From Chitinophagales bacterium (GTDB taxonomy: Bacteria; Bacteroidota; Bacteroidia; Chitinophagales; JADIYW01), in assembly GCA_044227665.1 (NCBI GenBank), contig JBGAWK010000009.1, forward strand, positions 2,592 through 66,591: a stretch of 64,000 nucleotides of DNA, given 5' to 3'. Under the pieces are notes generated by a model that was not told the origin of the DNA, searched no databases, and saw nothing but the letters and a program-made list of their open reading frames with translations. The translations under genes and the position numbers were made by a program. Shown in pieces: positions 29,356-39,221 of this stretch (positions are counted from its first letter, which is position 1; each line of letters opens with the position of its first letter).

Positions 29356-30390
29356 ATGATTAGAAAAATGCTACACCTATGGGCTATCCTGCGGCTGATT
29401 TCGGCACGCAAGCTTCTCAATATGCTGAAGGTGTATGTATCTTTTTATCTTGCAAGACAGTCAGGAAAACCCATACATTGGGGACGTCCATTCTCTATAA
29501 GTATAGAGCCTACCACCTCCTGTAATCTCCGCTGCCCAGAATGTCCGAGTGGACTGCGCTCTTTTACCAGACCTACGGGCATGTTGGAGAAAGATACCTT
29601 TGAACGTATTATCTCCGAGATGCGTAGCCACTTGCTGTATCTGACATTCTATTTTCAAGGAGAACCTTATCTACATAAATCTTTTTTGGAAATGGTGCGC
29701 TACGCCAAACAAAATAAAATTTATACCTCCACCTCTACGAACGGCCACTACCTTACTGATTCTGTAGCCAAAGATACTGTGCTTTCGGGCCTCGACAGGC
29801 TAATTATCTCCATTGACGGCACTACACAAGAGACCTATAAGGCTTATAGAGTGGGTGGTAAATTAGAAAAAGTACTTAAAGGTGCCGCAAATATCGTAAA
29901 ATGGAAGAAGCGGTTGAATACTGCCCATCCCTATGTAATATTTCAATTTTTGGTAGTAAAACCAAACGAACATCAGATAGATGAAGTATACACTCTGGCA
30001 AAGGACATAGGTGTAGATGCGGTGATACTGAAAACGGCACAGATTTATGATTACGAATACGGCAGTCCACTTATTCCTACACAAGAAAAATATTCTCGCT
30101 ATCGCAAAAATAGTGACGACACCTATGCCCTGAAGAACAGCTTAGAAAATAGCTGCTGGAAGCTATGGCATTCCTGTGTATTCACTTGGGATGGGCGTGT
30201 AGTTCCTTGCTGTTTCGACAAAGATGCACAACACATACTCGGGAATATTCATACACAATCTTTTGAAGAAATATGGCGGAGTGACCCTTATAAATATTTT
30301 AGGACACAATTGGTTCATTCAAGAAAAAATATAGATATCTGCCAAAACTGTAGCGAAGGCTGTACTGTAAATTTCAACTATGAATTATAA
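29356..30390 (+). CDS. radical SAM/SPASM domain protein
   Basis: It carries the CNLRCPECP (CxxxCxxC) cluster and C-terminal Cys-rich SPASM-like motifs (CWKLWHSCVFTWDGRVVPCCFD...CQNCSEGC). The track start at 29350 is TTG and the ATG is at 29356. Confidence 0.8.
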   Translation: MIRKMLHLWAILRLISARKLLNMLKVYVSFYLARQSGKPIHWGRPFSISIEPTTSCNLRCPECPSGLRSFTRPTGMLEKDTFERIISEMRSHLLYLTFYFQGEPYLHKSFLEMVRYAKQNKIYTSTSTNGHYLTDSVAKDTVLSGLDRLIISIDGTTQETYKAYRVGGKLEKVLKGAANIVKWKKRLNTAHPYVIFQFLVVKPNEHQIDEVYTLAKDIGVDAVILKTAQIYDYEYGSPLIPTQEKYSRYRKNSDDTYALKNSLENSCWKLWHSCVFTWDGRVVPCCFDKDAQHILGNIHTQSFEEIWRSDPYKYFRTQLVHSRKNIDICQNCSEGCTVNFNYEL

Positions 30391-30406
30391 ACGTACTCCA
30401 TGCCTA

Positions 30407-31858
30407 CTATTCGTGATGTTGTAATGCCGATATGAGTCTGTCCGTTTGCTCCAAATACCATTTTTTTTCTGTGAGCATTTCGGCATCTGCTATGCTTTGT
30501 TTGAAAATCTGTAGACGGTTAAGTCTCTGCCTGTTGCTATCCCACGTATTGACCGTATGCTGTACAAGCTTCTTCATATACTTACATATATTGCTATAAT
30601 TGGTAGTATATACGGAGTCCAACCTTTTACGCCTAAGCAACGTTTGCACAGAACCTATAAGATATTCTAGACTTTCATACGCACTAGTCTCATAATATGC
30701 TTTCATGAGCAAATATCTCGATGCCAGCAAGATAAGGATATCATCATAGTCAGACTTTTGCAGCATACTTATCGTTTTTGCATAGTCACCCCTGAAATAG
30801 GCAATATTTGCCATATTGTAGGCAAGGGAACTCTGCTGATATTTTTCTTCTAGATATTTGATATGCTCTTTCACAAACTTCTCTGTCCATGCAAATTCTT
30901 TTAATCGCACCCCTAATGTGACTATATTTTTGAAAGTAAACCGCGACAAAAATCCCTTTTCTAAGAATGCTCCCTTGCTAATTCCCAGCTTATAGAGCTG
31001 GAAAGTCTTTTCGGCAAATTTATTCTGCCCCTTGTTCAATCTTCTTATACAATAGTTTGCCCCTAGTAAAATGAGATCTATAGCTTCTTCCTTGGGGAAC
31101 TCGGAGAGGTGTTTTTTCAATAAATTTTCAAATATTTCAAAATAATGCTCTTGCTCGGGATTAGACAAAAATTTATAGCCATGATAATATATAGAGACCT
31201 CTGGCAAATCTATAACCTGGGGATTTACCGACGAAATATAGGTTTCTAGGTACTCGAATACGGAAGTACTATTGGCATTACCCATCCATGCATGTGATAG
31301 TGCTATACAGGCAAACCTGTACTTCTGCGATATGTAATATACATCTAGGTGATGAGCCATCTTATTGAAATCATAGTCCTTGCGTTTCTGGTTTTTTTTA
31401 TCTAAATATTTAATTTCCTCTAATTTGAAGCCCATCTCATAATGCAACATATCTCTTTTGGGGAATTTTTCCAATAAGCGGTCTGCATCTTGTAGTGCTG
31501 CTGCAAATAGTTTGTGATTACCCATTTCCTGATATTTGAGCAGCAAGTGGTAGTGTTTCAGCAGGGGATTGTTGTCATACCTTTGCTGTCCCATAAATTG
31601 CTCTGTCATCTTGAATAATGCACTAGTATTGAGACGCATCAATTGATCATCATAAGGCGCACTTTTATATATGGCTTTGAAAATTTTCTCTTTTTCTATT
31701 AATGAAGATTTTTCATCAATAAAGTCTAAAATAAACTCCAGAATTTTTGCTGCCTCTTTATTAGTATTAAAATATGGCGATGATACATATTGGAGCAGAT
31801 AATTTCTTTCCCATTTACCCAAACTTTCTATTAATTCAAAAACTTTTGTATTGTTCAT
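30407..31858 (-). CDS. hypothetical protein, TPR-like helical repeats
   Basis: 483-aa uninterrupted ORF with a clean ATG and no signal peptide or TM helix. It has TPR-like segments such as AYNMANIAYFRGDYAKTISMLQKS. I recognise no catalytic motif. Confidence 0.7.
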   Translation of the reverse strand: MNNTKVFELIESLGKWERNYLLQYVSSPYFNTNKEAAKILEFILDFIDEKSSLIEKEKIFKAIYKSAPYDDQLMRLNTSALFKMTEQFMGQQRYDNNPLLKHYHLLLKYQEMGNHKLFAAALQDADRLLEKFPKRDMLHYEMGFKLEEIKYLDKKNQKRKDYDFNKMAHHLDVYYISQKYRFACIALSHAWMGNANSTSVFEYLETYISSVNPQVIDLPEVSIYYHGYKFLSNPEQEHYFEIFENLLKKHLSEFPKEEAIDLILLGANYCIRRLNKGQNKFAEKTFQLYKLGISKGAFLEKGFLSRFTFKNIVTLGVRLKEFAWTEKFVKEHIKYLEEKYQQSSLAYNMANIAYFRGDYAKTISMLQKSDYDDILILLASRYLLMKAYYETSAYESLEYLIGSVQTLLRRKRLDSVYTTNYSNICKYMKKLVQHTVNTWDSNRQRLNRLQIFKQSIADAEMLTEKKWYLEQTDRLISALQHHE

Positions 31859-31988
31859 TATCTAATTATTTAAATATCAATATTTTGCATGTTTTATAGG
31901 TAAAAAATTACTTACATTGGCAAAAAATTGTCTTTGCGAAAATAAAATTATTTAAATAACATTGTATCATTAATTTAGGGGAAGATAT

Positions 31989-34868
31989 ATGATAAAGAGA
32001 TTTACATTATTGTGTTTGCTTTGGATGGCCAACAATACCTATGCTGCCACATGGGTAAAATATAATCAACTTCCTAGCGAAAGTGCTACTGAAGTAGTAA
32101 AAATTATGCCCTACAAAGATGGAATGCTTGCTTGGTCGAAGACCAATGGGGGATATCCGTATAGCCTCCATTATTTCGACAGACTAGGAAATCTAGTAAT
32201 GTCAAAGGCATTGGACTCCACCTATTTTCCACAAGTGAGTTTAATAAATAATAGTATAGAATGTGTCATTAAGCCTGATAATAGCATATCCATTCTAGCT
32301 CAGACAGGATTATTTGGCAAAAATCTGTTCATCACAGATATAGACGAAAATCTATCCATTCTGAATAGAGATACAATAACTATTACAAATAAATTCAGGA
32401 AAGTAGAGAAGACACTCCCCACTGTAGATAATGGTATGATGATGGCTGTTTTTGAAAAAAATGCAGACAGTAGTCGCTATGTCATCTATAAGTTTGACAA
32501 ACAGAACAATATCCAATGGTATAAACTCATACGCATCCCGGAAGTTACAAATCGTGTTCCTAGGGTAAAAGTTACGGGTATCACAGATGATAATGGCAAG
32601 AGCTATACCTCACTCATCGCTTACAATGTATTTTATCCGAATCTTATCAATTATGACGATGGCATTATTTCGGCATATATTATTAATAGTGACGGTACAA
32701 TCTCCCATAGAATCCATCATAATTTAGAGGACATTATTACAAGTGACGTTGCAGATCCCGTGCTTTTGGATGTTCAAAAGAAGGATGACGAATACACGAC
32801 ATACTTATCTTGCATAGAGTCTAATTCTCAATATACTAGAATATACAAGACTGTCTTTGATTCTGAAAATAATATCATAAGTTCGGAAAGTTATAGAGAT
32901 GACTTAGTCTTTAATAACCAGCAATTGACAGCGGCCGTAAATTATTCAGGGGACATCATGTCGGCAGGCTTCCGTCATGTATTTTTGGCTAATGACTTTG
33001 GTAGAAATAAGGTAGAAATTATCCCATTGGATGATATTTCCGACAAGCTGATACAGTTTACTAAGTGTGTACCTGACTTTGAAGGTGGGTGGTTTGTAAA
33101 TGGATATATTGCTACAAATGGACGTGAGGATTTTCAGGATATATTTTTTCACTTAGATGCACCGGTAGGCATACTTAGGGGCACATCATTTAGAGATGTA
33201 AATATTAATTGTGTAAAAAATGATGTAGAACCTACATTTGCACATCTTCCTATAGAACTCAACGGAATAATAAATCTATATACATCTACCGACAGTATGG
33301 GAGAATATTCTTTGCCTGCATTTGTAGGCAATTACGACTTATATGTCAATTTTCCAAATCCATACTGGATGCTATGTGAACTCACTCGAAATATCAGCAT
33401 ATCTTCACCCCTAAGTACTTTTAATATTCCTATACAGCCTGTAGTAGCTTGTCCTCTGCTAAATGTAGATATTTCTACACCTTTTTTAGAAAAATGTAAA
33501 GACAATATTTACACTATCCGATATAATAATGAAGGAGCAACGACGGCTTATAATGCCTATATCGAATTAGTATTAGACAATGCTCTGGACTGGGTAAGCG
33601 GTGAAAGTCCAACTATAGATTTGGGCAATAAAAGATATAAGATACCTTTAGGAAATTTAGCTCCTTTTACTTATGGTGAAACTCATTTTTCAGTAAATGT
33701 AAATTGTCTGAAAGCAGAGGACAGACAGACCCATTGCGTATATGCACATATCTACCCCGACACTATATGCTTGGAAGCTGCAAACTGTAGTGACAGTTCT
33801 TATCTGGAATTTTCGGCAGAATGTATAGGTGATAGCATCCGGCTTACAATTCAAAATACAGGAACAGGAGCTACTCAAGAACCAAGACCCTTATTGATTT
33901 TGGAAGAGGATATTATCAGGACATATAGAGATAGCATATTGCTAGAACCTGGGGAATCTTGGACTATAACTTTGCCAGCAGATGGCAATACGTACAAGTT
34001 TCTTACTACGCCTAACCGTTGCTATTATTATTATAATATTCCCAGCACCGTTATTGAAGGTTGCGGAGGATTAAATAATACAGGCTTTGTAAACATACTT
34101 CCTCAGGATGACAATAGTCCCTTTGTAGCCGTAAGCTGTATAGAAAATGTAAATTCATTCCCTGTTACTAGGCTATATACTCAGCCTGAGGGCTATGGCG
34201 AAAAGCATTATATTAGTGATAGTACTAGAATAGACTACATGGTTGCATTCGTAAATTTAGGCAATAGCGTAGCACAAAATGTATTGATAATAGACACCTT
34301 GGAAGCGAACTTAGATTGGAGTACATTCTCTTATGGGTCTGCCTCTCATGAAGCAAAATATGAGTTGTACAATAATGGTATATTATATATCTTTTTTGAA
34401 GATATTGCACTAGAAAATTATATCGGTGACAATTCAAATGCTTTAGGTTATATAAAATTCAGCATCTTTCCGAAAAAAGACCTCCCGACGGAGACCATAA
34501 TCCACAATAATGCATCTATATATTTTGATAATAATCTGCCTGTAAACTCTAATACTATTTTTCATACTATTGGCAAAGATTTTATTATTGTAGAAACACC
34601 TACTCCTTCAGATAATAGTGACATACTTCCAAAAGTAAAAGCATATCCCAACCCATCTTCTGGAAGTGTATATATAGAATTTCCCGAAAAGATGCATATC
34701 ACATATCAAGTACAAGTCTTAGACTTCTCAGGAAAAACAGTATATAATATTGATATGGACGGCAGCAAGTTAGTATTGCCCATACAAAATCTGCCTGCTG
34801 GCATCTATTTTTATAGAATTCTTGACAAAAACAATCTACTATATACAGGAAAAATTGTTAAACAATAA
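31989..34868 (+). CDS. T9SS-secreted large surface protein (type-A C-terminal sorting domain)
   Basis: 959 aa with signal peptide MIKRFTLLCLLWMANNTYA and two DUF11/CARDB-like Ig-fold modules (TIRYNNEGATTAYNAYIELVL; IDYMVAFVNLGNSVAQNVLIIDTL). The C-terminus KAYPNPSSGSVYIEF...LPAGIYFYRI is the Por/T9SS CTD. Confidence 0.8.
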   Translation: MIKRFTLLCLLWMANNTYAATWVKYNQLPSESATEVVKIMPYKDGMLAWSKTNGGYPYSLHYFDRLGNLVMSKALDSTYFPQVSLINNSIECVIKPDNSISILAQTGLFGKNLFITDIDENLSILNRDTITITNKFRKVEKTLPTVDNGMMMAVFEKNADSSRYVIYKFDKQNNIQWYKLIRIPEVTNRVPRVKVTGITDDNGKSYTSLIAYNVFYPNLINYDDGIISAYIINSDGTISHRIHHNLEDIITSDVADPVLLDVQKKDDEYTTYLSCIESNSQYTRIYKTVFDSENNIISSESYRDDLVFNNQQLTAAVNYSGDIMSAGFRHVFLANDFGRNKVEIIPLDDISDKLIQFTKCVPDFEGGWFVNGYIATNGREDFQDIFFHLDAPVGILRGTSFRDVNINCVKNDVEPTFAHLPIELNGIINLYTSTDSMGEYSLPAFVGNYDLYVNFPNPYWMLCELTRNISISSPLSTFNIPIQPVVACPLLNVDISTPFLEKCKDNIYTIRYNNEGATTAYNAYIELVLDNALDWVSGESPTIDLGNKRYKIPLGNLAPFTYGETHFSVNVNCLKAEDRQTHCVYAHIYPDTICLEAANCSDSSYLEFSAECIGDSIRLTIQNTGTGATQEPRPLLILEEDIIRTYRDSILLEPGESWTITLPADGNTYKFLTTPNRCYYYYNIPSTVIEGCGGLNNTGFVNILPQDDNSPFVAVSCIENVNSFPVTRLYTQPEGYGEKHYISDSTRIDYMVAFVNLGNSVAQNVLIIDTLEANLDWSTFSYGSASHEAKYELYNNGILYIFFEDIALENYIGDNSNALGYIKFSIFPKKDLPTETIIHNNASIYFDNNLPVNSNTIFHTIGKDFIIVETPTPSDNSDILPKVKAYPNPSSGSVYIEFPEKMHITYQVQVLDFSGKTVYNIDMDGSKLVLPIQNLPAGIYFYRILDKNNLLYTGKIVKQ

Positions 34869-34878
34869 TTCTCCCGAA

Positions 34879-37521
34879 TTATGTAGGCAATTTAAAAGTA
34901 AGTGTGACTTCTCCAGTCTCAGCATTTATGCTAATACGCTGTTCCGATACTTGCATATCTTTTCCAGTAGATAGTTTCATAAGTCCCGATAAGAATTGTA
35001 AGCCACTATGAAGGACAGTTTGCATGTCACTATCCATTGATTGCTGAGGTTGATGCTTCATACCACTATCGGAAATATCACTAACGAAATTTTCATCTGC
35101 TATGACATCGGTCTCAATTTCGGCAACGGCATCTATTTCCCTCTCGGCAGTAGGAATACTAATTTCTTCGGTATTATCTTCTACAGGACTTACAATCTTC
35201 CATTTCTCTACTATAGATGTCAATTGTTCAATAAACTGTGAGCGTCCTTTGGAAGATAAGTCCACAATACTTTGGCTACTATCTGTAGAGAGAACACTAT
35301 CAAAGACGCTTTGTTTCAGTAGCAGCCCTGAGGCTATTTGTTCTTCAATAGAATTTTTTGAAATAAAATTATAAATGGCAAGCGTATTGTTCTTCTGACC
35401 TATTCTATCTATACGACCTATACGTTGATTTTTCTTAGCCGGATTCCAAGGAAGTTCAAAATTGATAAGTGTATCCGCCACTTGGAGATTGAGTCCTGCG
35501 CCACCGGCTTCAGTAGAAAGGAATACTTTACACTGTGGATTCTCTTCAAATTTTTTTATCAATTCATTACGCATTTTTACAGGTACGCTACTATTGAGTT
35601 CAGCAAATCCTATATTGTGCGTTCTGAGCATTTTACCTATAAGCTTATGTACTTTTATCCATTCTGAAAAGATTATTACCTTTCTATCTTCTTCTTTTAA
35701 GTTAAGTTTATTCAACAATATATATATCAACTCATCTAGCTTGGGGGATTCATGAGTTTCTTCATCTATAAGGTAAGTAGAATCACATACCATGCGCATT
35801 TTTGATAGTAAAAGCTGTAGATGCTGCAAATCGTAAGGAGTCATAAACTTTTTACTTACAATCTGTGCCACACCACTGGCAAAGCCATTGTGATATTCCA
35901 TCTGCAACGCTGTCATAGAAACCGGCACATCCACTTGCACCACATTTGGCAACTGCTGCAATACATCTTTTTTCTCTCTACGAAGTATCAAATCACGGAC
36001 TTTGATTTTGATCTTATCCAAATCAAAATATCCATTAATTTTATTAGGCTTCACACTATCAAAAAGGCAGTGTTGATAGGAAAATTCCCACAATGGGCCA
36101 AAAAAATTCGGACTTATGATATTGACAATTGAGAAAAGATCTATGAGCTTATTTTCTATTGGCGTACCTGTAAGCACTAAAATATGTTTGTATTTCAACT
36201 GACTTATCGCTGCTGCTGTTTGAGTTTCAAAATTTTTGATACGCTGCGCTTCATCTAATATCACAAAATCTATCCCTGCACTTTGTAGATGTATTCTATC
36301 TCTCATCACCGTCTCATAGTTGGCGATAAAAAAATGATGTGCTTTATCTCTATATTGTGCTTGCCTTTCATTGGGCAATCCTTCGATAATTAGAGCCTTT
36401 TCTTTGGTAAATTTTTCTATTTCACTTTTCCATTGTCCTTTCAGCGTTGCAGGAGTGATGACGAGTGTCTTCTTGAAATCAAAAATTTCTCTTTTTGCTA
36501 TAGCTACACCTATAGCCTGAAGGGTTTTGCCCAGCCCCATTTCATCTGCAATAATTGCTGCTTTCTTGAATACAGCAAATTGGATACCTTCTTTCTGGTA
36601 GGGATACAGATTCGCTTTTATTCTGCTAAGATTGATAGATTTTGTAGCATTAAGGTTTTGTAACATCTCCTGTTCATACACATTACTGACCTTTTCTAAT
36701 ACTTCGGGTCTGATTAGCACCAATGGTGATGTGGTAGCAACTTCTATAAATTTCAAAAAATCTTTTATCTTGTCTTCTTCTATACTATTCTTTTGACCAA
36801 AAAATTCTTTTATCCATTGCCGTTCTCTCATGGGCATCACATGTGGGTAATGCCAAGATATTTTGTAATCTTCCAAAGGATTGCAAAAAATTTCGATAAA
36901 TGGAAATGTCTTATCTAGTTTTTCGAAGAGATTATTGTCTTCTTTGAGTTTACGAAATGCATACATGATATGCTTTGTTGTTCCCAGCTTATTATACTTA
37001 GAATCTTTACTGTCGCTATACCCTATTTCTTTATCAAAATCCCGCAAGAATACTTTATATCTTGTCCCTTTTTCATTTATTACTGTATGGTCTCCGAAAA
37101 TATTATTTGCCCAAAGGATTTTATATTCAGATAGATCTGCCTTATGTCTTCTCTCTGCTAAAACTCTGTTTATCATTCCTTTGCGGGAATATTTCTTATG
37201 CTCTAGTGGCAACTTGGGATCTAATAATTTCAATTCATGCGCTATTTGCAAAAGGCAGGCATAGGATATTCCTTCCCATTTCACGGCACTTTTATCTCTC
37301 TCGGGAAAGATATTATTATCTTGAATTACGATAGTATAATCATAATATTCTCCTTGTTTCTCAGAAGCAACCATCACCTCAAAAAATGAGGCGGATTGCG
37401 TAAGAATTTGGCAATAGTTATTCTGATACAGCCACTCTCCTGCATTAAGTTCTGACACGCTTAATGTTGCACCTAATTCAAGAATTTTTGCTTGAATATT
37501 TTGTAATAAATTCATAAACAT
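34879..37521 (-). CDS. SNF2/RAD54-family ATPase with a degenerate SWIM-like N-terminal region and an acidic C-terminal tail
   Basis: 880 aa with DEMGLGKT (I), DEAQRIKN (II), LTGTPIEN (III), and STEAGGAGLNLQVADTLINFELPWNPAKKNQRIGRIDRIGQ (V/VI). The N-terminal YKVFLRDFDKEIGYSDSKDS...TTKHIMYAF aligns to the SWIM pattern but all Cys are replaced. Confidence 0.9.
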   Translation of the reverse strand: MFMNLLQNIQAKILELGATLSVSELNAGEWLYQNNYCQILTQSASFFEVMVASEKQGEYYDYTIVIQDNNIFPERDKSAVKWEGISYACLLQIAHELKLLDPKLPLEHKKYSRKGMINRVLAERRHKADLSEYKILWANNIFGDHTVINEKGTRYKVFLRDFDKEIGYSDSKDSKYNKLGTTKHIMYAFRKLKEDNNLFEKLDKTFPFIEIFCNPLEDYKISWHYPHVMPMRERQWIKEFFGQKNSIEEDKIKDFLKFIEVATTSPLVLIRPEVLEKVSNVYEQEMLQNLNATKSINLSRIKANLYPYQKEGIQFAVFKKAAIIADEMGLGKTLQAIGVAIAKREIFDFKKTLVITPATLKGQWKSEIEKFTKEKALIIEGLPNERQAQYRDKAHHFFIANYETVMRDRIHLQSAGIDFVILDEAQRIKNFETQTAAAISQLKYKHILVLTGTPIENKLIDLFSIVNIISPNFFGPLWEFSYQHCLFDSVKPNKINGYFDLDKIKIKVRDLILRREKKDVLQQLPNVVQVDVPVSMTALQMEYHNGFASGVAQIVSKKFMTPYDLQHLQLLLSKMRMVCDSTYLIDEETHESPKLDELIYILLNKLNLKEEDRKVIIFSEWIKVHKLIGKMLRTHNIGFAELNSSVPVKMRNELIKKFEENPQCKVFLSTEAGGAGLNLQVADTLINFELPWNPAKKNQRIGRIDRIGQKNNTLAIYNFISKNSIEEQIASGLLLKQSVFDSVLSTDSSQSIVDLSSKGRSQFIEQLTSIVEKWKIVSPVEDNTEEISIPTAEREIDAVAEIETDVIADENFVSDISDSGMKHQPQQSMDSDMQTVLHSGLQFLSGLMKLSTGKDMQVSEQRISINAETGEVTLTFKLPT

Positions 37522-38015
37522 TAGTCTTCTTTCCCTCTGAAAATATCTACAGGCACCTGTCGGTACTTGAATATTAGATGTACTATTCTCAATTGCATAA
37601 AGCCTAAAAAAATCATAGCAACGCTGCCGCAGAAGATCGTAAATGACTTCAAGGGATCTATTAATTCTGTAGGAATATTATTTGTAATAACTTTAGCATT
37701 CTTTTCAAATGTAAATTCAAATCCATCTATGTATTTAGTATAGAACGAATGGTTTCTTAGCACATAAAAAAAGAGGGCAAAATTCAGAAAGAACAAAAGA
37801 AATTTTGTCCAAAATGACCAAAAAATCAATGACCTCTCAGGAAAAACTATCCAGCCAAAGTAAAGTGTAATAATAAACATACAGCATAAAAGATAAATAA
37901 AATATGGCGTATTTATAAAATCATTGAAGCGAAATGGCAATACGAATGCAGTCAGAAAAGAAATAAAAATCCATATCAAGTCGTTTAATGCTTTATATTT
38001 TGTAATTTTGTTCAT
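37521..38015 (-). CDS. small integral membrane protein (about 4 TM), function unknown; translationally coupled to the SNF2 gene
   Basis: 164 aa with four hydrophobic segments. Its stop TAA overlaps the SNF2 ATG (TAATG at 37519-37523). Confidence 0.7.
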   Translation of the reverse strand: MNKITKYKALNDLIWIFISFLTAFVLPFRFNDFINTPYFIYLLCCMFIITLYFGWIVFPERSLIFWSFWTKFLLFFLNFALFFYVLRNHSFYTKYIDGFEFTFEKNAKVITNNIPTELIDPLKSFTIFCGSVAMIFLGFMQLRIVHLIFKYRQVPVDIFRGKED

Positions 38016-38040
38016 TACAACAAAGGTAAAATTAATATCT

Positions 38041-38481
38041 ATGAAAATTAAAGCTTATTTCTTGTTTATTACTGTAATCATCATCTCAGTATTTTTTGCA
38101 TGTGTACCCAATGGCACAGCACCTGAGATAATATTAAGTAACACTATTGATACCACTATAGTGGACGAATGCACTACGCTATCCAATACGCATATTGTAG
38201 GTGTAACAGTACCTGACGATGCTTCTGCAGAATTTACAATTAGAGTAGATGCAGAATTTATGGATGGTTGCGGATTTTTTGCAGGCAGAAAATTAACTAA
38301 AAGAGGGTATCACTATTATTTAGATATAGCTACAGGTCATCATATATGTAATATATGTACTGAAGCAATTGTTCCTTACACACATTACGAGACGCTTCAC
38401 ACCACAAATAGCGGCACATACACTATACATGTCAAAAATTATGATGGCAGTGAAGTAATCCGACAAGTTATTGTACATTAA
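38041..38481 (+). CDS. putative lipoprotein, function unknown
   Basis: Trimmed to ATG 38041. MKIKAYFLFITVIIISVFFAC forms a signal peptide plus lipobox Cys. Cys-rich, 146 aa. Confidence 0.6.
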   Translation: MKIKAYFLFITVIIISVFFACVPNGTAPEIILSNTIDTTIVDECTTLSNTHIVGVTVPDDASAEFTIRVDAEFMDGCGFFAGRKLTKRGYHYYLDIATGHHICNICTEAIVPYTHYETLHTTNSGTYTIHVKNYDGSEVIRQVIVH

Positions 38482-38534
38482 TAGATAATTTTATTTTCAG
38501 GAAAGTAAATACACCGCAAAAATCCTTAGCTTTA

Positions 38535-39221
38535 TTGGTAGATCCCGATAAGGTCAGTGCTGATTATATAGAAAAGATATTTACAAACAAAAATATAGAT
38601 ATAGATTATGTCCTTGTTGGTGGCAGCATATTGCTAGAAGGCACTATAGATAATACGATAAAAACCGTAAGAAATTATACATCTCTACCCATATTTCTGT
38701 TTCCAGGAAGTCATAGTCAGCTATCACCCCTTGCTGATGGCATCTTACTCTTGTCACTCATTTCAGGAAGAAATGCTGAATTATTGATAGGTCAACACGT
38801 ATATAGTTCTTATGCCTTAGCGCAGTCCAAAATCTCAATATTACCAACTGGGTATATTCTCATAGACGGAGGAATTACTACGACGGTACAATATATGAGT
38901 AACACACAGCCTATCCCGGCACATAAACCAGAGCTTGCCGCAGCCACAGCATTAGCAGGCGTACAATTAGGGCTTCAGCATATTTATCTTGAAGCAGGAA
39001 GTGGTGCACATCATCCAGTACCTATATCTGTAATCTCCTCAGTAAGAAGAGTTGTAGATGTCCCAATATGGGTGGGCGGCGGCATTAATTCTCCTGAAAA
39101 AGCCGCTTCTGCATTGAATGCAGGTGCCGATATTTTAGTCATAGGCACTGCTGCGGAAAAAAACATTGGCATCCTCTCATCAATCACAGAAATAGTTCGC
39201 AAGACAAACAATAATCTATGA
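38535..39221 (+). CDS. geranylgeranylglyceryl/heptaprenylglyceryl phosphate synthase (PcrB/GGGPS family)
   Basis: LVDPDK, VLVGGS, PIFLFPGS, LLLSLISGRN, YLEAGSGA and VGGGINSPEKA motifs. The only canonical in-frame start is TTG at 38535, and the conserved sequence seems to extend upstream (see finding). Confidence 0.8.
   Translation: MVDPDKVSADYIEKIFTNKNIDIDYVLVGGSILLEGTIDNTIKTVRNYTSLPIFLFPGSHSQLSPLADGILLLSLISGRNAELLIGQHVYSSYALAQSKISILPTGYILIDGGITTTVQYMSNTQPIPAHKPELAAATALAGVQLGLQHIYLEAGSGAHHPVPISVISSVRRVVDVPIWVGGGINSPEKAASALNAGADILVIGTAAEKNIGILSSITEIVRKTNNNL

Noticed and set aside
35041-37334. Eight plus-strand ORFs (66-127 aa) antisense to the SNF2 gene
   Set aside because: They are shadow ORFs in an AT-rich gene. 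They are hydrophobic or low-complexity and overlap each other in different frames.
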